DNA of 64,000 bases from Halarcobacter sp. (lineage in GTDB: Bacteria > Campylobacterota > Campylobacteria > Campylobacterales > Arcobacteraceae). The DNA lies in contig OY781089.1 in the NCBI GenBank assembly GCA_963676565.1, positions 3,104,001 to 3,168,000 of the forward strand, in the 5' to 3' direction. The notes under the pieces were generated by a model that saw nothing but the letters and a program-made list of their open reading frames with translations, was not told the DNA's origin and did not search any database. A program made the translations under genes and the position numbers. Position 1 is the first letter of the stretch. Every line of letters begins with the position of its first letter. Positions 8,639 through 17,477 of the stretch are shown here, piece after piece.

Positions 8639-9694
8639 CTAAGGCTTAATATAATTAGTAATGGCAAGACCAAAACCACTAATTCCAACAAGTTCCCTTG
8701 TTTTACTACTTGAAAGTAAAGATATCTCTTCAATTCCCAAATGACTTAGAATTTGAGCACCAATTCCATATTCTTTTATCTCATCCATATTTTTTGCTTG
8801 ACTATCCATAAATATCAAGACCCCACAATGTTCTTTCAAATAAGAGATACTGTTCATTAACTCTTCAAATTTTTTTGTAGAAGAAAACAATTCACAGTCA
8901 GGTACAATGTTATGAAACTTAACATTTGTACATTGTGTAATATTTCCAAAAGTATATGCAATATGATGATTTTCTAAATGGTCTTGAAAATCATATCTAA
9001 CAACTTTTTGTCCTAAAAAATCTGTTTCCAATTCATTAGTTTGTTGTATTAATGATTCTTTCATCATTCTATACTCAACAAGATCTGAAATATAAACTAT
9101 GTTTAACTCATGTTCTTCGCAAAAAATATCTAAATCTGGACGTCTTGCCATTGTTCCATCTTCTTTCATAATTTCACAAATAACTGCTGATTCTCCAACA
9201 CCTGCAAGTTTACATAAATCTACAGAACCTTCTGTATGTCCAGTTCTTACTAGAGAACCACCTTCTTTAGCTATTAATGGAAAAATATGTCCAGGTCGTA
9301 CTAATTCTTGAGGTTGAGATATAGGATTAGCTAAAATTCCAATTGTCATATCTCTTTCTGCAGCTGAGATTCCAGTCTTTGCAGCTACTGCATCAACAGA
9401 GATAGTAAAAGCTGTTTCGTATGAAGAATTATTTTGTTTAACCATAGGAACTAAATCTAATCTTGTAGCAATTTTTTTAGAGACTGCTACACAAATAAGT
9501 CCTTTGGCATGAGAAGCCATAAAATTTACTTTTTGTGGAGTAGAGAAATTTGCAGCATAAACTAAATCACCTTCATTTTCTCTATCTTCATCATCTACCA
9601 TTACAACCATTTTTCCAGCTTGAATATCTGTTATAGCTTGTTGCACTCTATTTAATACAGCTATTGTTTTTTCATTATTTATAAATGCATTCAT
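8639..9694 (-). CDS. ribB: 3,4-dihydroxy-2-butanone 4-phosphate synthase with a degenerate GTP cyclohydrolase II C-terminal domain (RibBX-type)
   Basis: DDEDRENEGD, TGISAAER, RPGHIFPL, GHTEGSVDL; C-terminal YGIGAQIL without the Zn-binding Cys motif. Confidence 0.92.
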   Translation of the reverse strand: MNAFINNEKTIAVLNRVQQAITDIQAGKMVVMVDDEDRENEGDLVYAANFSTPQKVNFMASHAKGLICVAVSKKIATRLDLVPMVKQNNSSYETAFTISVDAVAAKTGISAAERDMTIGILANPISQPQELVRPGHIFPLIAKEGGSLVRTGHTEGSVDLCKLAGVGESAVICEIMKEDGTMARRPDLDIFCEEHELNIVYISDLVEYRMMKESLIQQTNELETDFLGQKVVRYDFQDHLENHHIAYTFGNITQCTNVKFHNIVPDCELFSSTKKFEELMNSISYLKEHCGVLIFMDSQAKNMDEIKEYGIGAQILSHLGIEEISLLSSSKTRELVGISGFGLAITNYIKP

Positions 9695-9710
9695 AATCTT
9701 TTCCTTTTAA

Positions 9711-10274
9711 TTAAAGCATATGCCCCATTAATTTTCTTTTTGTTTCTAAATAATCTTTGTTATGTTTGTTAGAAGGCATTACTATAGGCCATCTTTTTAT
9801 AATATTTACATCTTTTATTGATTCTATTTTCTTTGGATTATTTGTAAGAAGATGAATATTCTCTATTCCATAATGTTTTAAAATAAATTCAACTATCTCA
9901 TAAGTTCTTTCATCACTTTTAAATCCTAATTGATGATTTGCTTGAATAGTATCTAGACCTTCATCTTGTAAAGCATAAGCATTCACTTTATTAAAAAGTC
10001 CTATATTTCTTCCCTCTTGTCTAAGATATATAACCATACCACCTTCATCAGCTATATTTGACAAGGCATAATCTAATTGTTCTCCACAATCACATTTCAT
10101 TGAACCTAGAGCATCACCAGTTAAACATTCACTATGAATTCTAACTAGTGGAGCGGCACCAAAAGGTTCTTTAAAAATCACTAGATGATCTTTTATTCCC
10201 TCTTGGAAAGATTGTATTTTTAATTCACCATATTTACTTGGAAGTTTTGCTACATCTGATATATTTATTCTCAT
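9711..10274 (-). CDS. ribA: GTP cyclohydrolase II
   Basis: RIHSECLTGDALGSMKCDCG, QEGRNIGL, LLTNNPKK; ATG 10274 preferred because of the AAGGAAG RBS. Confidence 0.95.
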   Translation of the reverse strand: MRINISDVAKLPSKYGELKIQSFQEGIKDHLVIFKEPFGAAPLVRIHSECLTGDALGSMKCDCGEQLDYALSNIADEGGMVIYLRQEGRNIGLFNKVNAYALQDEGLDTIQANHQLGFKSDERTYEIVEFILKHYGIENIHLLTNNPKKIESIKDVNIIKRWPIVMPSNKHNKDYLETKRKLMGHML

Positions 10275-10291
10275 CTCTTCTTCCTTTAACA

Positions 10292-10371
10292 CCTTTTAAA
10301 AGAATCTTTAGTTAAATTTTAAAAACTCTTTTAAAAAGTTGGCTTTACTTTTTTGTAAAGCCTACTTTTTT
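10292..10371 (-). repeat. Intergenic double-hairpin element, copy A (downstream of dddY)
   Basis: GGCTTTAC-N6-GTAAAGCC hairpin adjoining a CTTTTAAAAGA...TCTTTTAAAAAG hairpin; similar to 11689-11766. Confidence 0.6.
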
Positions 10372-10372
10372 A

Positions 10373-11623
10373 TTACCATTTAGTATGAGTTAAATCACAC
10401 TGTATCATTTCACCTCTATGTGCAGGTGTACCTGGTTTTTCAGCAGATTCACACAATAAAGTTGTACCATAATCATTTCTTTTATCATGGGCATTAGTTC
10501 TTGCCCAAACTGATACAAGTGCTCTTTCTTCTGGTTTAGCTTCACATTTTCCATCTACTTCAAATGCATGAATTGTATTTTCATGAAGATATAAAAGTGA
10601 ATTCTCCATAGCATCACCTGATACCCACATATCTGGCTCATTTTTTGCTCCTGCATCAAATTGAACTCTTCTAAACTTATCATTTACTTTTACTGTTTTT
10701 AACAAAGGATTATCTTCTCTTATTGCAAAGTTTTTAAATTGTTTTACACAAGCAGGCATTCTCATATTATAATAAATCTCTGGGATAGCATGATTATGAT
10801 AAGGGTATAAAGAATCTACTACTTGAACTGTCATACCAACTTCAGCCCCTACTTTTTCTCCATTAATCTCATCAACTCTTAATAATCCCCAATGTCCTAA
10901 TATTTCAGCATATGCATATCCACCACGAATTATAAGAAAGTTCTTTTCATTTCTTTTACTCTCTTCTGCATACATTGGAAACCATCCTGCTGCTGCCCAA
11001 AGGTTTGGTAAAGAATTCGCACTTACATCATAAGGAAAAGTTTTTGGCATCTTAATCTCATCACCTGTTACCATTTTATAAAAGTTTTTTGTAAACTCTT
11101 TCCCTCTTTTTCTTACATCTTCATTTGTCACTTTTTTATCAAAAAACTCATCAAATGTCATTCTATTTGCCCATTTAGCAACTGGAGATTTTTCTGTTAA
11201 TTCTCTACCTGGATTATAGATCCAGTTTACATCACGTCTTGCAGAGAAACACTCTTTTGCTTTATCAGGATTTTCTAATATTTGGTAAATATTTTTTACC
11301 ATAGTTTTCATATCTCTTCTATCCATTACACAGATTCTTTTTTTCTGTGTTGTATCATAAACTGCTTCATCAGAATTTAGACATTCACTTACTTCACCAT
11401 TTGTTAAAGCTAAAGCATAAGCTTTTATATAAGTTAATGTTTCATCCCATAAAATATCTACATATTTTTGATCTTCTTTTGAGTACTTTACAGGTTTTGT
11501 TAAACATTTAAACTCTGCATTTTTAATATCTTTTTCATCTAAAAAACTTGGGATTTCTAATGCATTACAGCTTATAAAACTAAATAAAACTATAACTGCA
11601 CCTAACTTTTTCTTGTATGCCAT
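10373..11623 (-). CDS. dddY: Periplasmic DMSP lyase DddY (cupin)
   Basis: Signal peptide; Cys-containing N-terminal cap; cupin motif YPYHNHAIPEIYY and HENTIHAF matching the DddY metal ligands and catalytic Tyr; ~400 aa; acrylate-reductase-like neighbours. Confidence 0.87.
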   Translation of the reverse strand: MAYKKKLGAVIVLFSFISCNALEIPSFLDEKDIKNAEFKCLTKPVKYSKEDQKYVDILWDETLTYIKAYALALTNGEVSECLNSDEAVYDTTQKKRICVMDRRDMKTMVKNIYQILENPDKAKECFSARRDVNWIYNPGRELTEKSPVAKWANRMTFDEFFDKKVTNEDVRKRGKEFTKNFYKMVTGDEIKMPKTFPYDVSANSLPNLWAAAGWFPMYAEESKRNEKNFLIIRGGYAYAEILGHWGLLRVDEINGEKVGAEVGMTVQVVDSLYPYHNHAIPEIYYNMRMPACVKQFKNFAIREDNPLLKTVKVNDKFRRVQFDAGAKNEPDMWVSGDAMENSLLYLHENTIHAFEVDGKCEAKPEERALVSVWARTNAHDKRNDYGTTLLCESAEKPGTPAHRGEMIQCDLTHTKW

Positions 11624-11642
11624 TTTAAGTCCTTTTATTATC

Positions 11643-11675
11643 TAAAACTTGATATTACAAAAACATCAAGTTTTA
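11643..11675. promoter_or_regulatory. 11-bp perfect inverted repeat just upstream of the dddY start
   Basis: TAAAACTTGAT-N11-ATCAAGTTTTA. Confidence 0.45.
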
Positions 11676-11688
11676 AATTTAATTTCTT

Positions 11689-11766
11689 CTACTTTTTAAA
11701 AGAATCCTCGCTTACACTTCAAAGATTCTATTAAAAAGTAGACCTTACTTCTTTTAGTAAGGTCTT
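11689..11766 (-). repeat. Intergenic double-hairpin element, copy B (upstream of dddY)
   Basis: CTACTTTTTAAAAGAATC...GATTCTATTAAAAAGTAG overlapping GACCTTAC-N8-GTAAGGTC. Confidence 0.6.
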
Positions 11767-11773
11767 GAAATAA

Positions 11774-12448
11774 TTAACCTACTGGTTTGTGTTCTACATG
11801 TTTTTTATGTAGTTCTTGCTCGTCTTTAATAACGCCATATTTCTTATACTTTTCTTGAACTTTAAGTTTTTCTTCTTCCATTTCATAACGATAAATCTCA
11901 TGCTCAGGTTTATAATAATTTAAAACATTTTTTAAATTTTTATGTCCAGCATCGAAATGGCATGAAGCACATGAAACTTGTTTTTCTGTTCCTTTAAGTT
12001 TTGTATAATGGTTATGCATTTTTTGAGCTTGTTTTGATAAATTTACTAAATTTTTGTCAAATGCATTTCCATGACACTCTATACAACCAGAATCATAAAC
12101 ATAAGAATCTCTATGTTTAAGTTTCTCTACCCAATCTATCTCATCTGGATTTCCAAAGAAGTGAATACCAACTTCTAAAACTCCATTTTTCGCTTTTGTA
12201 AATATATAGTTAACTAAACTATCATGTGGTAAGTGACAATCTACACATTTTGCACTGGCACCTAATTTTCCAGATCCACCATGAACGTCTTGTTTATAAG
12301 CGATAACCATAGGATCCATTTCATGACATGAAACACAAAATTTTTCACCACTTGTTTTGTGAATCCCATAATAAGTTCCATAAGAGACAGAAACACCTAC
12401 TAATCCACCTAGGAATAATAATCCAATTATAAATAATACTGGTCTCAT
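11774..12448 (-). CDS. NapC/NirT-family membrane tetraheme quinol dehydrogenase
   Basis: N-terminal TM; CVSCH, CVDCH, CIECH, CASCH; ATG 12448 overlaps the upstream TGA (ATGA). Confidence 0.9.
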   Translation of the reverse strand: MRPVLFIIGLLFLGGLVGVSVSYGTYYGIHKTSGEKFCVSCHEMDPMVIAYKQDVHGGSGKLGASAKCVDCHLPHDSLVNYIFTKAKNGVLEVGIHFFGNPDEIDWVEKLKHRDSYVYDSGCIECHGNAFDKNLVNLSKQAQKMHNHYTKLKGTEKQVSCASCHFDAGHKNLKNVLNYYKPEHEIYRYEMEEEKLKVQEKYKKYGVIKDEQELHKKHVEHKPVG

Positions 12449-12906
12449 GGTGTTTTCCTCATCCAAACATTGTTTTTAATCTCTTTTTCATGGCATTCCG
12501 CACACATATTTATAGAAGGCTCATGTTCTCTATGGCATTCGTCACAATAAAGATTTGGTCCATCATGAACAGAGTTATGAGGATTTGCTTTATGTGTGTC
12601 CATAAAAGCTAAACGTTCAGCTAAATATACTTTTGTTTTATGACATGATAAACAAGCTTCTTCTCCTGCCGCTTCAAAATGCTCAGGATCTTTTCCTTGG
12701 TCTACATGACAAAAAACACATTCAAGAGATAGACTTTCATGTACACTCTTTAGTGGATACTTTTCTTTTTGCTCAGGTGTAACAGTTACCATACTCTCTT
12801 CATCTTGGGGGAAAGGCAAGCTTTCCCCATCATTTGCTTGTGCAAATACATAAAAAGATAAAAGTAAAATAGACATGCCACCTATTACTTTTATTATTGT
12901 TTTCAT
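12445..12906 (-). CDS. Periplasmic tetraheme cytochrome c (heme subunit of a split flavocytochrome c)
   Basis: Signal peptide from ATG 12906 (MKTIIK); CVFCH, CLSCH, CDECH, CAECH; NPHNS.H motif. Confidence 0.9.
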   Translation of the reverse strand: MKTIIKVIGGMSILLLSFYVFAQANDGESLPFPQDEESMVTVTPEQKEKYPLKSVHESLSLECVFCHVDQGKDPEHFEAAGEEACLSCHKTKVYLAERLAFMDTHKANPHNSVHDGPNLYCDECHREHEPSINMCAECHEKEIKNNVWMRKTP

Positions 12907-12908
12907 AA

Positions 12909-14447
12909 TTAGATATTTTCTCCTGCAACCATACCAAATACTAAACAATCAGGAATTGAACAACTTCCAAGTCTACTTGCTCCGTGTGTTCCACCTGTAA
13001 TCTCACCAGCTGCATAAAGACCAGGAATTGGTTTTTTAGTTGCTCCAGAGATAACTTCTGCTTTTGTATTGATTTTTAATCCACCCATTGTATGGTGAAG
13101 TTTTGGTACACCTCTAGTTCCATAGAATGGAGCTTTAATAATTTGTACACCTTCAGTTTTTTCAACTGGTTTACCAAATTCTGTATCTTTATTTGCTTTT
13201 ACATATTTATTATATGAATCAATTGTTGCTTGTAATTCAGCTGCTGGGATTTTATACTCAGCTGCTAATGCAGCAACTGTATCGAATTTTTTAACAACAC
13301 CAGATTTTAAAGCTTTTTCAGCAATTTCTGGAATAATTTTGTCAACAGCTGCTTGATCACAAATATTAATTGGATATGCATTAGTCTCTTTTGTTACTTT
13401 GAACATTGCTTGTGCTCTTGTTCTTCTATCTGCAAGCTCATTCATGTATCTTTTACCTGTTTTAGGATTTACTGAAATACCATATCTAAATGTAGCATTG
13501 ATATTGAAGTTAGATGCTGCACCAAAACCTTTTTCATCTGGACAAGCCCAAGGACCAAATTGAATCCAACTTAAATGAACAGGAACTGCACCAAGCTCAA
13601 ATGCTTTCATTAACACACCAGCAGTTGCTCCTGGTTGGTTAGTTGAATCTGTATCAGCAGGGATTCTTGGGTCTTGTTGTTCTCTTAAGAATTTATCTCT
13701 ACTAAATCCACCTGCTGCTAAAATAACACCTCTTTTAGCTTTATAGTATTTTACTTTACCAGTTGTATTTTCAGAATCATCATCGTTAGCATTATTATCA
13801 AATTTATAACCTTCTCTAACTTGAATTCCAACTACTCTTCCACTATCATCTAATACAAACTCATCAAATTTTGTTCTTTTTTTGATTGTTCCATTTGAAA
13901 GTTTTTGGAAGTGAGAAATCATTGGTAATACAATACCTGATCCACTACCATTTGAAGAAAGATATGTTCTAGGAACAGAGTGTCCACCTAAGTGAGAAAG
14001 TTTCTCATAGAATTTTGCACCAGCTCTTTCAACTAGTTTTAAAGCATCATTTCCTCTTTCACCAATTACTCTAAGTAAATCAGGGTGATTAATATATCTA
14101 CCTGCTTTCATACTGTCTTCCATATAAATGTCGATAGAATCTTTAATACCTTCTTTTTTCTGTTTAGGGTTATTAACAACAGCTAAAAGTCCACCATTAA
14201 TTACAGAGTTTCCTCCGATTCTTCCCATTTTTTCAACAATAACAACTTTTAAACCTTTTTCAGCAGCTGTAATACCAGCTGATAATGCAGCATAACCAGA
14301 ACCGATTACAACAACATCATACTCTTCGTCATACTTAACACCTTTTGAATCAACAGCCATTGCATTTGCAGCTGTACTTCCAAGTGCTATCATACCAGCA
14401 CCAACAGCACCCATTCTCATAAAATTACGTCTTGTTATATCACCCAT
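12909..14447 (-). CDS. Tat-exported flavocytochrome c flavoprotein subunit, probable acrylate/methacrylate-type reductase
   Basis: TRRNFMR Tat motif; GSGYAA FAD fold; GGHSVPRT; HHTMGG; HGASRLG; QFGPW replaces the fumarate-reductase QxHPT. Confidence 0.85.
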   Translation of the reverse strand: MGDITRRNFMRMGAVGAGMIALGSTAANAMAVDSKGVKYDEEYDVVVIGSGYAALSAGITAAEKGLKVVIVEKMGRIGGNSVINGGLLAVVNNPKQKKEGIKDSIDIYMEDSMKAGRYINHPDLLRVIGERGNDALKLVERAGAKFYEKLSHLGGHSVPRTYLSSNGSGSGIVLPMISHFQKLSNGTIKKRTKFDEFVLDDSGRVVGIQVREGYKFDNNANDDDSENTTGKVKYYKAKRGVILAAGGFSRDKFLREQQDPRIPADTDSTNQPGATAGVLMKAFELGAVPVHLSWIQFGPWACPDEKGFGAASNFNINATFRYGISVNPKTGKRYMNELADRRTRAQAMFKVTKETNAYPINICDQAAVDKIIPEIAEKALKSGVVKKFDTVAALAAEYKIPAAELQATIDSYNKYVKANKDTEFGKPVEKTEGVQIIKAPFYGTRGVPKLHHTMGGLKINTKAEVISGATKKPIPGLYAAGEITGGTHGASRLGSCSIPDCLVFGMVAGENI

Positions 14448-14503
14448 AATAGGTCTCCTTCTAAAAAATTTATAAGGAATCTTAATACAAATAAGTAATC
14501 AAA

Positions 14504-14533
14504 AAATAACCTTTTAGGGTAAAAAGGTTATTT
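14504..14533 (-). terminator. Probable intrinsic terminator after the two-component genes
   Basis: AAATAACCTTTT-N6-AAAAGGTTATTT ending in a T-run on the minus strand. Confidence 0.55.
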
Positions 14534-14573
14534 ATTTTAAAAAAAATGAATAATTGTTCAGTTTAAGCAGAAA

Positions 14574-15266
14574 TTAATGTGTACTTCTAATTTTGTATCC
14601 ACAACCAGATACATTTTCAATGATGTCATTATATGTTTTTTGACGTATTTTTTTTATTCTCATTCTAAGTGCTTCAATGCTCATACTTTTTTCTTGCCAA
14701 GCATAACTCTCTATTGTAGAATAATCAACTATTTTATCTATATTTGAGATTAATAAATGAAGAATCTCCATCTCTAATTTTGTTAACTTAACAGTCTCTT
14801 CATTTGAATTTATCAATTGCTTTGAATTTTTATCATAGGTAAAACCAAATTTTAGTTGAACTCTAAAATTATATATATCTTTTGTTGCCATAAGTAAAGA
14901 GGTTTGTAAATCTTCAATCACAATTGGTTTTCTTAAATAGTTATAAGCACCCTCATTGATGCTTTCAGAGATATTTGAGGGGGTATCGTAAGAAGTAATT
15001 ATAATAACTGGTAAATGGGGAGAAACTTCATGCATAGCATGTACCATATCTAAACCATTCATTTCTGGCAAGTTTATATCTGATATTACAATATCAGGTT
15101 TAAATTGTTCAAACATCTCAAACCCTTCTATACCATTTTTTGCTACATCTACACGTTTACAATGTAGTCCTAATGCTTGCCTTAAAGCAAAAGATGTTGC
15201 TTCATCATCTTCTACAATTAATACATGTATTTGAGAAAGTTTTTTTAATACTTTTAAATCAATCAT
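14574..15266 (-). CDS. OmpR-family response regulator
   Basis: VEDD, DINLPEMNG, KP; winged-helix tail GCGYKI. Confidence 0.92.
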   Translation of the reverse strand: MIDLKVLKKLSQIHVLIVEDDEATSFALRQALGLHCKRVDVAKNGIEGFEMFEQFKPDIVISDINLPEMNGLDMVHAMHEVSPHLPVIIITSYDTPSNISESINEGAYNYLRKPIVIEDLQTSLLMATKDIYNFRVQLKFGFTYDKNSKQLINSNEETVKLTKLEMEILHLLISNIDKIVDYSTIESYAWQEKSMSIEALRMRIKKIRQKTYNDIIENVSGCGYKIRSTH

Positions 15267-17253
15267 TATTATCCTTTATTTTTTTAGGGAAAGTAAATAA
15301 AAAAGTTGTTGGATTTTCATAAGATAATATAGTCAAATCTCCATAAAGTTTATTTCTAGCAATTAATCTAGATAAATAAAGACCATTACCTGTTCCATTT
15401 TCCCCTTTTGTAGTTTTAAAAGCTTCAAATAGAGTTTCACGAATACCAACTTTAATTCCTAAACCATTATCTTCAATTCTTAAATGGTATTTATCTTCAA
15501 GCTCTTTTATTGTGATTTTAATATACTTATTCTTTTTATTTTTATCATCAAGTAAAGAGTCTCTTGAATTCAGAACTAAGGCACTTATTATTTGTTGGAA
15601 TTCATTTTTATAGCTGTGGCATTCAAATTTTATTTTTTCATGAACTACGCTAATATCAATCCCTGAATTTTTAAAATGTGGTTCAAGTATTATTTTTGTA
15701 TCTTCTATAGCTTTTATAATATCAAAAGATTCGATTTTTCTACTTGGAAGATAAAAATTTTTAAAGGTATCAATTGTATCAGAAAGATAATGGGTACTAG
15801 ATAAAACACGATTTAGGTTATCTTTAAATATCTCATCACTTAAACATTCCATCTCTTTAAATTGTAAAGTGTTACCTATAAGTAAAGATATAGAGTTTAA
15901 AGGTTGCCTCCATTGGTGAGAAATTGCACCAATCATTGCTCCTAAATCTGCCATTTTAGTTTGTTGGAATAAAATATCTTCCTGCTCTTTTTTTAACTTT
16001 TTAGCTGTTTCATTTTTAGTAACATCTTCTACAAAAAAGATAACTCCTTTATACTCTTTGTTTGCATCTAAGACAGGAATAGAAGTAAAAGATAAAAAAA
16101 CTTTTTCTTTTTTTTCAAAAAAATGAAAAGTATTAGTATATGTTTTATGATTTTCTTTTGTTGCTTTTAATTGTTTAGTAATACAATCAGTTATCCATAT
16201 AGGAACCCTTCTAAAAAGTTTTGTACACTCAAGTAAATTCCTATCTAAAAGTTTATTTTCTGAAAGACAAAGTAATTTAGAAAACTCATTATTATAATAT
16301 GTTACTTTTTCATTGTCATCTGCAATTAAACATCCTCTTATATCTGATGCGAGGAATTGTTTTATTAAGTTTTTTGATATTTTTAATTTTTCATCACTTA
16401 GTTTTTGAGTTCTATTATAAAATAAATTCAACCATAAAAATATGATCATACTTATTCCATATAAAGTAAAATTTATTTTTAATTGAAAATCAACTCTTTC
16501 GTAAACTTTTTCTTTATTTAACTCAGATATAAGATACCAATTACCATATTTAATGAATCCTTGAGAAAAAATACTATTCTTTGTAACAGTTAACCGGCCT
16601 TTTTTGTCAATTTTTTGATTAAATCTTTTAAATCGTTTCTTTTTATCTTTATGTACTAATATTTTTTTGTTTTTATCTAATAAAAAAACATTCCCATCAT
16701 AGGGTAAAGATATCTTTAAAATCTCTTTTTCTATATACTCCAAAGGAAGAATACCACAAACTACTCCGGTTTGACCTCTTTTTGCTTTTGTAGTACTACA
16801 AACTGCAACTACCAAAGTATCAATTATAGATGAAACATAGGGATTTGTAATTGTTATATCTTCATTTCTTATAGTCTCACGATACCAAGGCATTGATATA
16901 GTGTTATATGTAAGAGGCTTTATAATTGTTCTACTAGATATAATTGAATTGTCTTCATAACCAACAAACATATAGGGGAAACCTGCAACAGAGGAACCAT
17001 GTTCCAGTAAACTTCCAATACTGTATTTATCTTGTTTATGATCCATATTTGAGATAAGTGCTTCTACATTTTTTACTGCTTGTATTTTTTCTTCTGTCCA
17101 CTTTACAATTTGTTTAGAAGCATTGTTAATTGCATTTACTTGTAAATCATTAATTGCATTTTTTAGAATATAAAGATTAATAAAATAATTTGCAAGTACC
17201 AATATAAGAAAAAGCATACTAACAAATAAAATAAACAGTGTACGTTTTGACAA
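15259..17253 (-). CDS. Sensor histidine kinase (dCache, PAS, HisKA, HATPase)
   Basis: Two TMs around a Cache domain (PWY...NPY); PAS-like region; SHQWRQPL; EDNGLG; GTGNGL. Confidence 0.9.
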   Translation of the reverse strand: MSKRTLFILFVSMLFLILVLANYFINLYILKNAINDLQVNAINNASKQIVKWTEEKIQAVKNVEALISNMDHKQDKYSIGSLLEHGSSVAGFPYMFVGYEDNSIISSRTIIKPLTYNTISMPWYRETIRNEDITITNPYVSSIIDTLVVAVCSTTKAKRGQTGVVCGILPLEYIEKEILKISLPYDGNVFLLDKNKKILVHKDKKKRFKRFNQKIDKKGRLTVTKNSIFSQGFIKYGNWYLISELNKEKVYERVDFQLKINFTLYGISMIIFLWLNLFYNRTQKLSDEKLKISKNLIKQFLASDIRGCLIADDNEKVTYYNNEFSKLLCLSENKLLDRNLLECTKLFRRVPIWITDCITKQLKATKENHKTYTNTFHFFEKKEKVFLSFTSIPVLDANKEYKGVIFFVEDVTKNETAKKLKKEQEDILFQQTKMADLGAMIGAISHQWRQPLNSISLLIGNTLQFKEMECLSDEIFKDNLNRVLSSTHYLSDTIDTFKNFYLPSRKIESFDIIKAIEDTKIILEPHFKNSGIDISVVHEKIKFECHSYKNEFQQIISALVLNSRDSLLDDKNKKNKYIKITIKELEDKYHLRIEDNGLGIKVGIRETLFEAFKTTKGENGTGNGLYLSRLIARNKLYGDLTILSYENPTTFLFTFPKKIKDNND

Positions 17254-17477
17254 AATAAAGCCTTTTATTATTAGCTTTCGGAATTATAGCTTTTCATTAA
17301 TTTTATATATCTGAAAAGAAAAGTTATTTTTTAGTCATTTTAAGTTGATATAGTTAAAAAATTGAAAAAAAGTTTTCTTAAATCTTTTTCTTAATAATTA
17401 ATTATGAAAGTTTCTGTATAGTTTCATTTTAGAAACATAGTATGTTTTAATATAAGTAAGAAAGGCAAACTACAGTA

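Noticed and set aside
11649..11669. FNR-like half-sites TTGAT...ATCAA
   Set aside because: Spacer is 11 nt, not the 4 nt of an FNR box
12909..14447. Fumarate reductase FrdA or Fcc3 call
   Set aside because: The QxHPT His is absent, there are no frdB/C genes, and the context points to acrylate-type substrates
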